The notes: generated by a model from the sequence alone, not told the origin. DNA of 64,000 nucleotides from Armatimonadota bacterium (GCA_046292385.1 JBKBRF010000018.1:32001-96000); one strand, 5' to 3'; positions 10,305 to 20,105 are shown, counted from the stretch's first letter. Translations and numbers: made by a program.

Positions 10305-10640
10305 CCGAACCTGATTAACCGCAGAGACGCAGAGGACGCGGAGAGAAGCCGAACCTGATTCACCGCCAAGAACGCCAAGCTCGCCGCGAGGGACCGGAAG
10401 AGACAAACCCCGGGGCCGCTCTACGGTGCTCGACAGGCGAACCAGGCCCGCCCCTTGGTCCCCGCTCTGCGTCCCCTCTGCGCTCTCCGTGTCCTCTGCG
10501 GTAAACCTGGTTCGAACCGGGGCCGCAGTACCGTTTAGGTGAAGCGGTGCAGGCCCCTCCCCCTGGTTCGGGTTCTCTCCGCGCTCTCCGCGTCTCTGCG
10601 GTGAAATCAGGTTCGGATTCTGGTTCGGTTCCTCTCGGTG
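10305..10640. repeat. Cluster of CCGCAGAGACGCAGAG-type REP-like inverted repeats
   Basis: CCGCAGAGACGCAGAGGACGCGGAGAGA (10319-10346) inverted against CTCTCCGCGCTCTCCGCGTCTCTGCGG (~10575-10601) and ~10465-10501; GAACCTGATT/AATCAGGTTC flanks; related copy at ~32361-32388. Confidence 0.8.
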
Positions 10641-10658
10641 CGCTCTGTAGTGAGATCC

Positions 10659-11369
10659 CTAGGGCGCTCCCAGCCAGCGGGCGAGCTGCACCAGGAGCGG
10701 GGCGTAGAGCAGGGCCGGGAGGAGGTTGCTCACCCGGATCGCTTTCAGCTCCAGCAGGCGGAAGCCGAGGCCGAGCATCATCACGCCGCCGGCGGCGAAG
10801 AGCTCCTGCTGCATCCTCGCATCCGAGAGCACCGGGGCGAGCGCGCCGGCGCTGAGGGTGAGGGCCCCCTGCACCACCAGCACCGTCCCGGCGGAGAGCA
10901 GCACACCCCAGCCGAGTGCCGAGGCGAACGCCACCGCGCTGATGCCGTCCAGCGTCGCCTTCGTGGCGAGGAGGCCGTAGTCGCCGCGGAGCCCGTCGTT
11001 CAGGCAGCCGAGGAGCGTCATCGGGCCGACGCAGAAGAGGATGCTGGTGACGACGAACCCGCGGGCGAAGTCGCCCTCGGCCTTCCCCCGTCCGAGCTTC
11101 CGCTCCGCGAGCTCCCCCAGCCGCTCGGTCCCCCGCTCGATCCGGAGCGCCTCTCCCGTGAGCCCGCCGAGCACCAGGCTGCCGAGGAGCACCAGCGGGT
11201 TGCCCGTCTTGAGCGCCATGTCGGCCCCGATCACCAGGGTGATCAGCGCCACCACGTGCATCACCGTCTCGCGCATCCGCTCCGGGAGCCGCTCTCCCAG
11301 CGCGCGTCCCGCCACCGCGCCGGCCACCACCGTCGTCACGTTGATGAGGGTCCCGATCAAGGCTGACAT
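10659..11369 (-). CDS. DUF554 (YqgA/YdfK-like) membrane protein
   Basis: GTLINVTTV, FCVGPMTLLG, KATLDG, RVSNLLPAL motifs; multiple TM helices. Confidence 0.9.
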   Translation of the reverse strand: MSALIGTLINVTTVVAGAVAGRALGERLPERMRETVMHVVALITLVIGADMALKTGNPLVLLGSLVLGGLTGEALRIERGTERLGELAERKLGRGKAEGDFARGFVVTSILFCVGPMTLLGCLNDGLRGDYGLLATKATLDGISAVAFASALGWGVLLSAGTVLVVQGALTLSAGALAPVLSDARMQQELFAAGGVMMLGLGFRLLELKAIRVSNLLPALLYAPLLVQLARWLGAP

Positions 11370-11538
11370 CTCCAGCGCGCGCGCCGTATGGGGAAACGAG
11401 GGAGCCGGAACGGCCGAAGGTGGGTCCTAACCGGAGTGCCCCGGGTCGCGGCGCGCCTCGACGCGTGCCCGCGAGCAGGGGTAGAATAGACGCGAGCTAT
11501 CGCCCAGCGCTAGACCATAAGTACGGGAGAGACTGCAG

Positions 11539-12039
11539 ATGATGAACCGATTTGGCCGGTTCGCCCTGACGACGGTCGCCACCCTGGCGATCGCGGCGGC
11601 GGCGCTGGCTGACCCCACCCCCGCCGGCAAGGCGGCTCCCGCCTGGAATGGGAAGACCACGGCCGGCAAGACGATCGGCTCGTCCCAGTTGAAGGGAAAG
11701 GTCGTCCTCGTCAACTTCTTCAACAACTACTGAGGGGCCTGCCGTGAGGAGTATCCTCACCTTCAAGCCCTGCAGAAGAAGTATGCCGCCAAGGGGTTCA
11801 CGGTGGTCTCCGTGAGCAACGACGAGACGGCTCAGGAAGCCGGCAATTTCGCCAAGCAGATCAAGGCGACGTTCCCGGTCGTGCACGATCCGAAGAGCGC
11901 CGTCTACGGCAAGTTCGGAGTCTCCGTGGCGCCGACCAACATCCTCGTAGACCGCAAAGGAAAGGTGGTCTGGAGCCACGAGGGGGTCGACGTCCCGAAG
12001 ATGAACGCGGCGGTGGCGCGCGCAGTCGCCGCGAAGTAG
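11539..12039 (+). CDS. TlpA/ResA-like thioredoxin-fold selenoprotein (Sec at TGA 11731-11733, UxxC)
   Basis: ORFs 11539-11733 and 11803-12039 are in one frame; read-through gives LKGKVVLVNFFNNY-U-GACREEYPHLQALQKKY; signal peptide; hairpin 11744-11760. Confidence 0.85.
11744..11760 (+). promoter_or_regulatory. Bacterial SECIS-like hairpin
   Basis: GTGAGGA-GTA-TCCTCAC perfect 7-bp stem starting after a 10-nt spacer 3' of the in-frame TGA. Confidence 0.65.
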
Positions 12040-12062
12040 TCCGCCACCGGACGGATGCTGTG

Positions 12063-12096
12063 GAGAGGGAGCGAGGCGCCGCCTCCGCTCCCTCTT
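12063..12096. terminator. Hairpin between convergent genes
   Basis: AGAGGGAGCG-AGGC...GCCT-C-CGCTCCCTCT inverted repeat. Confidence 0.5.
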
Positions 12097-12119
12097 CTGA
12101 TTCCCGGATCCGCCGAGGA

Positions 12120-12263
12120 TCAGGCGACCGGCAGCGAGTGGGCCACGGCCGGTGCCAGCGGCGGCTGCGCCGGGGCGGCGCGGCGCCCCAGCAGGTAGCC
12201 CGCGGCCGACACCAGGGTCGCCGCCGCCAGGGCGCAAAGGAAGGCTCGTCGTACGGGGTTCAT
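12120..12263 (-). CDS. Small 47-aa membrane/exported peptide (below ORF-track cutoff)
   Basis: MNPVRRAFLCALAAATLVSAAGYLLGRRAAPAQPPLAPAVAHSLPVA; GGAG RBS; fills an otherwise empty gap. Confidence 0.5.
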   Translation of the reverse strand: MNPVRRAFLCALAAATLVSAAGYLLGRRAAPAQPPLAPAVAHSLPVA

Positions 12264-12389
12264 CACGGGTGCTCCACCCGGCAGAGAAGCAACCTTCGTG
12301 CCAATCGAGCCGTCGCCCGGAGAAGGGTCGCGCCCGCGCCGGGGCTAACGTGGCTTCAGGACTTTCCCCCAGCCACGGAGACCACCGCT

Positions 12390-13292
12390 ATGGACCGCCG
12401 CCAGTTCCTCACCACCGCCGCCCTGCCGCTCGGCGCGGCGCTCGGCGCTGCCGTGCCCGCGGCGGCGCATATTGACCCTGCCTCCCGCCGCTACACTCCC
12501 GGCGCGCCGTACCGGCTTGGGGTGGCGGCCTACTCGTACCGCCAGTTCCTGCAGGGCGCGCAGAAGAACATGACGCTCTTCGACTTCATCCGCCGCGCTG
12601 CGGAGCTCGGCACCGACGGCGTGGAGCTGACGGAGTACTACTTCGAGAAGCCGGTCATCGACGACTACCTGCTGCGCCTGAAGCACACCGCGCACCTGTG
12701 GGGCCAGACGATCACCGGCACCCCGATCGGCAACACCTTCACCCACCCGGCCGGTCCGGAGCGGGACAAGCAGGTGGAGATTTACAAGAAGTGGGTCGAC
12801 GTCTCCGCCGTCCTCGGGTCCCCCGCCATCCGCACCTTCGCGGGCAGCGCGCCGCAGGGCACTTCCGAGGCGCAGGCGCGGCGCCACGTGGTGGAAACGC
12901 TGGAGGAAGTCTGCGAGTACGCCGGCCGAAAAGGGGTCTTCGTGGCGCTCGAGAACCACGGCGGCGTGGTCGCGGAAGCCGATGGCCTGCTCGAGATCGT
13001 CAAGGCGGTCGAGTCGCCGTGGCTCGGCATCAACCTGGACAGCGGCAACTTCCGCACCGAAGACCCCTACGGCGACCTGGCGAAGTGCGCCCCGTACGCG
13101 GTGAGCGTGCAGTATAAGGTCGACATGCACCCGAAGGGAAAGCCCGCCGAGAAGGCCGACTTCCCCCGGATCGTCAAGATCCTGAAGGACGCCGGCTACC
13201 GCGGCTTCATCACCCTGGAGTACGAAGGCCGGGAAGACCCGCTCGTCGCCATCCCGCGCCACCTGGCGGAGATGCGTGCGGCGATGGGCTAG
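12390..13292 (+). CDS. Tat-exported sugar phosphate isomerase/epimerase (AP endonuclease 2 / xylose isomerase-like TIM barrel)
   Basis: MDRRQFL Tat signal; ALENHGG, NLDSGNF, GYRGFITLEYEG. Confidence 0.88.
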   Translation: MDRRQFLTTAALPLGAALGAAVPAAAHIDPASRRYTPGAPYRLGVAAYSYRQFLQGAQKNMTLFDFIRRAAELGTDGVELTEYYFEKPVIDDYLLRLKHTAHLWGQTITGTPIGNTFTHPAGPERDKQVEIYKKWVDVSAVLGSPAIRTFAGSAPQGTSEAQARRHVVETLEEVCEYAGRKGVFVALENHGGVVAEADGLLEIVKAVESPWLGINLDSGNFRTEDPYGDLAKCAPYAVSVQYKVDMHPKGKPAEKADFPRIVKILKDAGYRGFITLEYEGREDPLVAIPRHLAEMRAAMG

Positions 13293-13564
13293 CGGCGAAA
13301 GCCGACGTGGTGCCCCGGAGGGGGCTCCCCCGCCCCCCCGGGCGGGTGTATTGGCTCGCGGAAGTCTTCCCCGCCCCGACGTGTCGTGGTGAAGTAGCGG
13401 CCCGAATAGGTCCCGGAGCCCCGGCGCTGCGGCGGTATTCCCGCTGCGCGGGAAGCGATGGCAAGTGTCGGGCGCGGTAAAGTTACGCCGCTGGCGGCGC
13501 CGGCGAGATTTGCCGCCGTCCGGCGCTCGGGAGGGGCGAGAAACGCTCGGCCGGCTTCGATTCC

Positions 13565-13736
13565 CCACCCCAGTCATCCTGAACGCAGTGAAGGATCTCG
13601 GCAGCCGCAAGGGAACGGAGTACGCAGGCGGGTGACGCCGACTCTACCTCCGGTGCCCTTCCGCGCGCGAGGCCTCCCGCTCCGGCGAGAAGGGGGCGAC
13701 GTAGATCCTTCACTCCGTTCAGGATGACTGGGGTGG
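13565..13736. repeat. REPIN-like unit: 34-bp inverted repeats (GTCATCCTGAACG.AGTGAAGGATCT family)
   Basis: 13565-13598 vs 13703-13736, one mismatch in 34 bp. Confidence 0.85.
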
Positions 13737-13979
13737 AGGACGGCAGAGCCGCTCGTCCTCACCGGCAGAACTTACGCTGCGCCTCGGGTGCCTTCCCGCG
13801 TGTGACAGGAGCTAGCGCACTCCGCAGACTGCACCGTGGCAGTCTCCCCCTCGGCGTGAGGGAATCCTTCCCGGGCCGGCGTGTGGAGTGCGAATGCTTG
13901 CCCCCAGTACGGGGGGCTTGCTTTCGCCCCCGCGTCAGCGGGGTGCAAGCCCGTCGATCGCGCGAACAGTTCTCCGGTA

Positions 13980-14167
13980 CGAAGGGAATCGATCGCCAGG
14001 CAGGCCCCTTGGCTGCTACTCTACGTCTCCTGACGCTGCAGGGCCGCGACGTGGTCGAGAATTCCACTGGGCAAGACGAGCATCACCGAACCCGCACGTT
14101 CCAGGAAGAGTACCTCGACCTGCTCCGAGCCCACGGCGTTCAGTATGACGTACGCTATCTCTGGTAG
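13980..14167 (+). pseudogene. C-terminal remnant of IS200/IS605-type (REP-associated-like) Y1 transposase
   Basis: VVENSTGQDEHHRTRTFQEEYLDLLRAHGVQYDVRYLW matches the YIxxQxEHH...F.EE...L...YD.RYLW tail; upstream part degenerate; flanked by palindromes (14190-14280, 13810-13950). Confidence 0.75.
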
Positions 14168-14284
14168 CCGGGCGGGCCGATGCACGGCGGGACGTCCTGG
14201 AGGGACGCCGGAGAATAGCCGGGGGTGCTAACCCCCGAAAGGACCGGCGCAGAACGGTGCGCCCCAGCAGGGGCGCCGGAGCCG

Positions 14285-16321
14285 TCACTCCTTCGCGCCG
14301 GCCGCCATCAGGAGCCGGATCACTGCCGCGCGCCTTTCAGGCAGCACCGGGTCCCCGGCTCGTGCGGCGTAATACCTCGCAATCGAGAGTGCTGTATCTC
14401 CACGAAGATCCTTCGCATTCGGATCAGCTCCGGCGGCGAGAAGCATCTGAATGACGTCCTCGTCGCCCGCGAAGGCCGCGTTGGTCAGAGGTCGGTTCCT
14501 CGGCAGGCCGTTCGGATCGGCGCCGGCGCCGAGCAGTAGCTTTACAATCTCCCGCATCTCCGGTGAGCCCCCGATTGCCGCGGACGCAAGCGGCGTAACT
14601 CCGCCGAAGACTGGCGCATTGATGTCAGCCTTCAGTTCCAGCAACGCGCGTACGCGAAGCGGATCGGCATCCTGGATGGCCCAAATCAGCAAGGTTGCGC
14701 CGCGGCGATCGACTCCATTCAGATCGAACCCGCGGTCCCGCAGCGCCTCGTAGAGCGCGCGCTTCTCCGCCAGGTCATTCGACGCGCTCAGCCGCCGCTG
14801 GGTGAGCGTCCAGAATTCCTCGCGCGCGACCCGTTCCTGCTCCTTGGCCTCATTGAAGCGGTCCGTCGCCGCCGGAGCCCCGGGTGGGACCACGAACTCG
14901 AACACTCGATCCTTCCACACCAGGTAGGTGAGGTCTAACCGCTCGGCCGAGGGCGGCACTTCAGGACCGAACTCGTACAACCGCTCCGATCGCGGTGCGC
15001 CGTACGAGTTGTAGCGAGTTTGAATATCGCGTCCGTTCTGGTCCTTCACGATGACCGCAGCACGCGCGGAACCCGGCCCCGCCGTGACGATCCGCAAGTC
15101 CGCTCGATAGTAGGGACTCCCACCACGACCGGGCTCTGACCAACCGGGCCCGGCGATGCCCCTCGCGTGAACGGTAATCCCCTTCCCCTGCTTCTCGGTT
15201 TCCAACAGCTCGACGAGCTCGCGTGCCTTCGGAGCCGCGACATCTCGATGCGTCCAGACAAGATCGGCCGTCTCGCTCGATTCCGGTCCGACGTACTCGA
15301 AGAGCAGGCTCACTTTCCAGGCCGGCTCCCGCCGGCAGAGTGTGGAAGGGAAGACGAGCCACATCCGTCCGTCAGCTAACGCACTCCGGAAGACCGGGCG
15401 ATAGAGCGCGCCGTTTCCGTATCGGTCCTCCAGTCGAACTCCCCTGGGGGCCCAGTGCAGCAGCGCGTTCCGATCTCCCTCGAGCTCGAGCGTCACGCGC
15501 GTCCAAGTGAGAAGCTCGTGGGGTTCATCGACGACTCGCTCGGGCCACGAGAGCGGTTGGAATGGAGAGAGGTCGGGTTGCGAGCTGCGGTGGATCTCCT
15601 CCCAGTCGAGCCCGGCGGTGAGCGATTTCAGCGTCACCGTTAACCGATCTCCCGTTCGCCGGGCCGGGACTGCCTCTGCAGTAAGCTCGTTCGGGGGCGG
15701 CCGAAGTCGGGTCGCAGTCCGGAACTCGTGACGGGAGCCGTCCCGCTCATAGACCCAGATCCGCAGCTGGTCAGTATGCCGTGGGAAGAGCTCGAGCACG
15801 GTGACCACCGTCAGGCTCTGCCGGTCCGAGTTGAGCGTGCCGCTGCTGCTTCCGCCCGGGGTAAAGCGGACCAGCTTCTCGCCATCGGTGACGGTGGTGG
15901 ACGGCCAGCGGCGTGAATCGATCCGGCAGCCATGCTCGTCGGCCACCACGATCCACGGTGACCACTCCGTGCCCGGCTTCGCCCCGGTAATCCGCCACCA
16001 GAGCGCGAGGGTTTCCGGTGCCTCGCCCAGTCGCCGCTCGATCATCGCGCGGTGCGGAAGCGGTACCGGAGGCTGCTCGGTAACGATATCGGCGTCCGGG
16101 AGCACTCCAGGGTTTTGTGCGGCGAAGTCGTGCACCTTGCCGAAAGTTGTCCCCAAAAGGGTCAAGGTAGAGCCGTCCTGCAACCGCTTGCCGACGGCGG
16201 GCTCCGCTCCGAGCCGCGCGTTCCCCACGACGAGGGCAGCAACGGTCGCACCCAAGATCACAGCCGTTCGGAGTGGATAGATCATCGTCGTTCTCGGTGA
16301 AATGAGGCTACCTCGCATCAA
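14285..16321 (-). CDS. Secreted protein with C-terminal ankyrin repeats (paralog 1)
   Basis: Signal peptide; GATLLIWA, GVTPLASAA, LLLGAGADPN, GDTALSIA ankyrin motifs; start uncertain (16321 or ~16284). Confidence 0.8.
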   Translation of the reverse strand: MMRGSLISPRTTMIYPLRTAVILGATVAALVVGNARLGAEPAVGKRLQDGSTLTLLGTTFGKVHDFAAQNPGVLPDADIVTEQPPVPLPHRAMIERRLGEAPETLALWWRITGAKPGTEWSPWIVVADEHGCRIDSRRWPSTTVTDGEKLVRFTPGGSSSGTLNSDRQSLTVVTVLELFPRHTDQLRIWVYERDGSRHEFRTATRLRPPPNELTAEAVPARRTGDRLTVTLKSLTAGLDWEEIHRSSQPDLSPFQPLSWPERVVDEPHELLTWTRVTLELEGDRNALLHWAPRGVRLEDRYGNGALYRPVFRSALADGRMWLVFPSTLCRREPAWKVSLLFEYVGPESSETADLVWTHRDVAAPKARELVELLETEKQGKGITVHARGIAGPGWSEPGRGGSPYYRADLRIVTAGPGSARAAVIVKDQNGRDIQTRYNSYGAPRSERLYEFGPEVPPSAERLDLTYLVWKDRVFEFVVPPGAPAATDRFNEAKEQERVAREEFWTLTQRRLSASNDLAEKRALYEALRDRGFDLNGVDRRGATLLIWAIQDADPLRVRALLELKADINAPVFGGVTPLASAAIGGSPEMREIVKLLLGAGADPNGLPRNRPLTNAAFAGDEDVIQMLLAAGADPNAKDLRGDTALSIARYYAARAGDPVLPERRAAVIRLLMAAGAKE

Positions 16322-16370
16322 CCAGAGGGAAGCATCGCGGAACCTGGGCTCCGAAAACCCGCTCCGGTGC

Positions 16371-18356
16371 TCACTCCTTCGCTCCGGCCTGCTCCAGCAG
16401 CTTGACTACCGCGGCGCCGCTCCGTCCCTTTTCCGGCTCCTCATAGCGGAGCGCCCACTGCTTCGTCGCTTTCAGGACCGACTCGCCCCGGGCGTCCCGG
16501 GCGTTCGGATCGGCTCCGGCCGAGAGCAGCAGCTTCACCATCTCCACGTAGCCGTTGATCGCCGCCCCCATCAGCGGGGGGCTCCCCGCGTTTCCGTTCA
16601 CCCGGGCTCCCGCGCGGATCAACAGCCGCGCCATTTCCACCCCCGTCGTCGAGCCCATCATCGCGACGGCTTGGATCGGAAGCACGTCGCCGTACGACGG
16701 CGCGTTGACGTCCACGTTTTCCGCGATGAGCGCCTGGACGCGCGCCAGGTCACCCCGCTCGATCGCCTGGGTCAGCAGCGTCGATCCCTGGCGGCGCCAC
16801 GGCTCGTTCAGGTCGATCCCGCTCTCCCGCAGGCTCCGCAGCACCTCCCGCACCCCGTCCGCGTCTTTCTCGCGCTGCAGCCGCCGGTCCACGCGGATCA
16901 GCAGCTCCTCCCGGGCGAGGCGCGCCGGCTCGCGGGCTTCGTCGAAGCGATCCGGTGCGGCAGGTGCCTGCGGGCGCACCATGAACTCGAGCCGCCGACT
17001 GCGCCGGACCCCGTACTTCAGATTCAGCCGCTGGGCGCTGTCCGGGACCTCCAGCACGAACTGGAACCGATGCCCTGCCTCGCCCAGGGAGCGGAAGTGC
17101 AGGCGGGCGGGAACAGGGCGGCCGTCCTGATCCGTTGCTTGCAGCGCCGGCTGGATCGCTTCGCCGGCAGGCGCCCCGACTGTGAGATCAGCGACGTAAT
17201 ACGGCGGTCCGGCGCCTCCTCGCTCGGACCACCCGGGTCCGACGACGCCCCGGGTGCTGAGGGTGATCCCCTCCCGCGCCAGGTTTCCGTTCTCGATGCG
17301 CGAGAGCTGCTGCCGCTTGGGCGCCGGCAGGTCGCGGTGCTCCCAGACTACGTCGGCTCCCTCGACCGTCTCCGGGCCCGCGTAGTCAAAGAGAACGGCA
17401 ACCTTCCAGGCCGGCTCTCGGGTGCAGAGGGCGGAGGGAAAGGCGATCCACAACTTGCCCTGCGGATCGACCGCGCTGCGGTAGACCGGTCGATAAAGCA
17501 ATGCGTTCCCGAAGCGATCTTCTACGATCACCCCGGCAGGCGCCCAGGAGCGCAGCATCTCCGGACCGCCCCCGACCCGGAGCAGTACCCGCGCCCACGG
17601 GGTCAGCTCCTCCGGCTCCTGGACCACCTTCTGGTGCCATGGGAGCGACTCCAGCGGGGGGAGTGCCGGGTCGGAGCTGCGGCGGATCTCGTCCCAGTCC
17701 AGGCCGGCCGTGAGCGCCTCCAGCGTCACTTTCACGCCTTGTGATTCTCGCCCGGCCGGCAGCGGCTCCGCTTCGAAGGCGGCGGGAAGCGGTCGATGCG
17801 GAGAGGAGGCGTGGAACTGATGCGGCTTGCCGTCCGCGTCGAAGACGAGCACGCGGAACGTGGGTGCGCTGCGGGGAAAGTGCTGGAGAGTCTTCGCCAC
17901 GATGAGCGTGCGGGGGTTGCCGCCTACCCCGTAGCCGCGGCTGCCTCCGCGGACGAGGTGCTCCACCGAAGCACCTTCCTGCACGTGGGCGTGCCAGCGG
18001 GTGCCGGGAAACCGGCAGCCGTGTTCGTCCGCCAGCACGATCCAGGGCGCCCACTGCGTGCCCGGCTCTCCACCCTCACGCCGCAGCCAGAGCGCCAGTC
18101 CCTCCACCGTGTCGGTGAAGCTGACCACGTTGAACCCCGGCGGAACCTCGATGTCCGGCCCGAGCGACCTGCCCGGGTTGTCGCGGGTAAAGTCGTGCTC
18201 CTTCCCGTACGTCTCGCCGAGCAGCGTGAGCGTAGAGCCGTCTCGCAGCGTGCGCGTCTCCACTGGCCGAGCCTTGGCCGGCTCCGGGGCGGGTGCGCCC
18301 GCGGAAACGACTGCCGCCGCCAATAGAGCTCCGATCGAGTAGGTGTGGTTGATCAT
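16371..18356 (-). CDS. Secreted protein with C-terminal ankyrin repeats (paralog 2)
   Basis: Colinear with paralog 1 (DGSTLTLLG.T.GK.HDF, ADEHGCR, LTAGLDW.EI.RSS, EDR.GN..LYRPV, FPS.LC.REPAWKV); GGGAGG RBS. Confidence 0.82.
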   Translation of the reverse strand: MINHTYSIGALLAAAVVSAGAPAPEPAKARPVETRTLRDGSTLTLLGETYGKEHDFTRDNPGRSLGPDIEVPPGFNVVSFTDTVEGLALWLRREGGEPGTQWAPWIVLADEHGCRFPGTRWHAHVQEGASVEHLVRGGSRGYGVGGNPRTLIVAKTLQHFPRSAPTFRVLVFDADGKPHQFHASSPHRPLPAAFEAEPLPAGRESQGVKVTLEALTAGLDWDEIRRSSDPALPPLESLPWHQKVVQEPEELTPWARVLLRVGGGPEMLRSWAPAGVIVEDRFGNALLYRPVYRSAVDPQGKLWIAFPSALCTREPAWKVAVLFDYAGPETVEGADVVWEHRDLPAPKRQQLSRIENGNLAREGITLSTRGVVGPGWSERGGAGPPYYVADLTVGAPAGEAIQPALQATDQDGRPVPARLHFRSLGEAGHRFQFVLEVPDSAQRLNLKYGVRRSRRLEFMVRPQAPAAPDRFDEAREPARLAREELLIRVDRRLQREKDADGVREVLRSLRESGIDLNEPWRRQGSTLLTQAIERGDLARVQALIAENVDVNAPSYGDVLPIQAVAMMGSTTGVEMARLLIRAGARVNGNAGSPPLMGAAINGYVEMVKLLLSAGADPNARDARGESVLKATKQWALRYEEPEKGRSGAAVVKLLEQAGAKE

Positions 18357-18508
18357 ACCGCCCTCCCGCAGGATCGCCCGCCGGGCTGCCGGGGCTTTCG
18401 AGCCACGGCAGCGCCGCAGATGGATGCGCAGCCCATCGACGCTTCATTGTGAGAGAAGTTCGATCTGCCGGATGAGAGTCCTTTACATTTGCCGTCCGGG
18501 TCAAAGTC

Positions 18509-18549
18509 AAAAAGCGCCGGCCGGTCCCGCGAAGAGACCGGCCGGCGCT
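18509..18549 (-). terminator. Rho-independent terminator of the DUF1501 operon
   Basis: 14-bp stem AGCGCCGGCCGGTC/GACCGGCCGGCGCT followed by T-tract on minus strand. Confidence 0.75.
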
Positions 18550-18574
18550 GCAACTGGGGGCGTACCTCGGCGGA

Positions 18575-20044
18575 TTAGCCGAAGATGCCTTCCACTACCT
18601 TGGCCTGGATCAGCTCTCGCGGCTGGTTCAGGTGGTTGTAGACGATCGTGTCCGGCTTGATACCGAGCGAGTAGTAGACGCTCGCCAGGATGTCGGTCGG
18701 GTGGACCGGATCCTCCGCCGGGCTGGAGCCGGTGGCGTCAGACTTCCCGTACTGCACGCCGCGCTTCACGCCGGCGCCGGCGACCAGGCCGGTGTAGCAG
18801 TACGGCCAGTGGTCGCGGCCGTCCGGGGCGTTGCCGTTGCCGGAGGTGCTGACCCCCATCCGCGGGGAGCGGCCGAATTCGCCAATGGCGACGACCAGCG
18901 TGTCCTTAAGCATTCCCCGCTGGTCCAGGTCTTCCAGCAGCGCGGAGAGGGCGCTGTCGAGCTTGGGACAGTGCAGGTCCTTCAGCGGCCCGAAGTTGGA
19001 GGCATGGGTGTCCCACGCGGTCCGGGTCGGATCGCCGTTCGCCACGGAAGGCCAGTTCACTTCTACGAAGCGGGTCCCCGCCTCTACCAGGCGGCGCGCC
19101 ATCAGCACGCTCTGCCCGAAGGTGTGGCGGCCGTAGCGGTCGCGCACCTTGTCCGGCTCCTGGGTGAGGTCGAACGCCTTGCGGGCACGGCCGGAGAGGA
19201 CCAGGTCGTACGCCTGCTCGTAGTACTTGTTGAGGGCGTACTTCTCCACCGCCTTCTGGATCTCCGGCATCTCCTCGTCGAGCGACTTCCGCAGGCTGGC
19301 GCGCCGCTCCATGCGGTCCTCGCTGACGCCGGCGCGCAGCTTCAGGTCGTCGATGCGCACGGCGTTCATCTTGTTCTGATCCATGTCGTCCCCGGGCGGG
19401 AACAGGTAGTACGGATCATACGCCTTGCCGAGGAAGCCGGCGGTGCCGCCCTTGTTGACGACGTTGCTCTCCTGCATCGGCCGCGGCAGCATCACGAACG
19501 GCAGCATCGGCTGGTCCGGCGGCCGAAGCCGCGCCACCTGCGAGCCGGCGTGCGGGAAGTCGGACGGCATCGGCGGGTCGAGCTGGCCGCTGGGGGCCAC
19601 CTTGTCCGGCGTGTAGCCGGTTACCATCTGGTACATCGCCGCCGTGTGGTTGAAGAGGCCGGCCGGCGTGTAGCTGACGGAGCGGATCAGCGTCGCCTTG
19701 TCCATCTGCTGCGCCAGCAGCGGCATCGTCTCGGCGAAGTAGGTGCCGGGGATCTTGGTCGGGATCGGCTTGAACGTCCCGCGGATGTTCTCCGGCGCGT
19801 CCGGCTTCGGGTCCCAGATGTCCAGGTGACTGGGTCCGCCCTGCAGGAAGATGAAGATGACGCTCTTCGCCTTGCCGAAGGCGCCGGCCGAGCTGGACCG
19901 CTCTTCCTGCGCGGCCTGCGCCTCGCGAAGCGCCAGGATATTCGGGAGCGAGATCCCCATCAGGCTGATCCCGCCCACCCGGAGGAGGTCGCGGCGGGTG
20001 AACCCGTCGCAGAGCCGTCCGCGGCTGCCTTCGATCTTCAGCAT
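18575..20044 (-). CDS. DUF1501 family Tat-exported protein
   Basis: TRRDLLRVG Tat motif; [41 protein letters not shown]. Confidence 0.93.
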   Translation of the reverse strand: MLKIEGSRGRLCDGFTRRDLLRVGGISLMGISLPNILALREAQAAQEERSSSAGAFGKAKSVIFIFLQGGPSHLDIWDPKPDAPENIRGTFKPIPTKIPGTYFAETMPLLAQQMDKATLIRSVSYTPAGLFNHTAAMYQMVTGYTPDKVAPSGQLDPPMPSDFPHAGSQVARLRPPDQPMLPFVMLPRPMQESNVVNKGGTAGFLGKAYDPYYLFPPGDDMDQNKMNAVRIDDLKLRAGVSEDRMERRASLRKSLDEEMPEIQKAVEKYALNKYYEQAYDLVLSGRARKAFDLTQEPDKVRDRYGRHTFGQSVLMARRLVEAGTRFVEVNWPSVANGDPTRTAWDTHASNFGPLKDLHCPKLDSALSALLEDLDQRGMLKDTLVVAIGEFGRSPRMGVSTSGNGNAPDGRDHWPYCYTGLVAGAGVKRGVQYGKSDATGSSPAEDPVHPTDILASVYYSLGIKPDTIVYNHLNQPRELIQAKVVEGIFG

Positions 20045-20105
20045 AGCTGCCTCTCCCGGGCCGTCCTCGGCCCTCTCAATCCGATCCGATCCATGTCACT
20101 GCTTA

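Noticed and set aside
10305..10640. Possible CRISPR array
   Set aside because: Repeats are inverted, degenerate and irregularly spaced; no constant repeat-spacer period and no cas genes in the window
13293..13560. Another copy of the structured element
   Set aside because: GC-rich hairpins are present but the conserved blocks of copies A-C could not be aligned
14285..18356. Possible diversity-generating retroelement TR/VR pair
   Set aside because: Similarity spans whole genes at the protein level, no near-identical adenine-specific pair seen, and no reverse transcriptase
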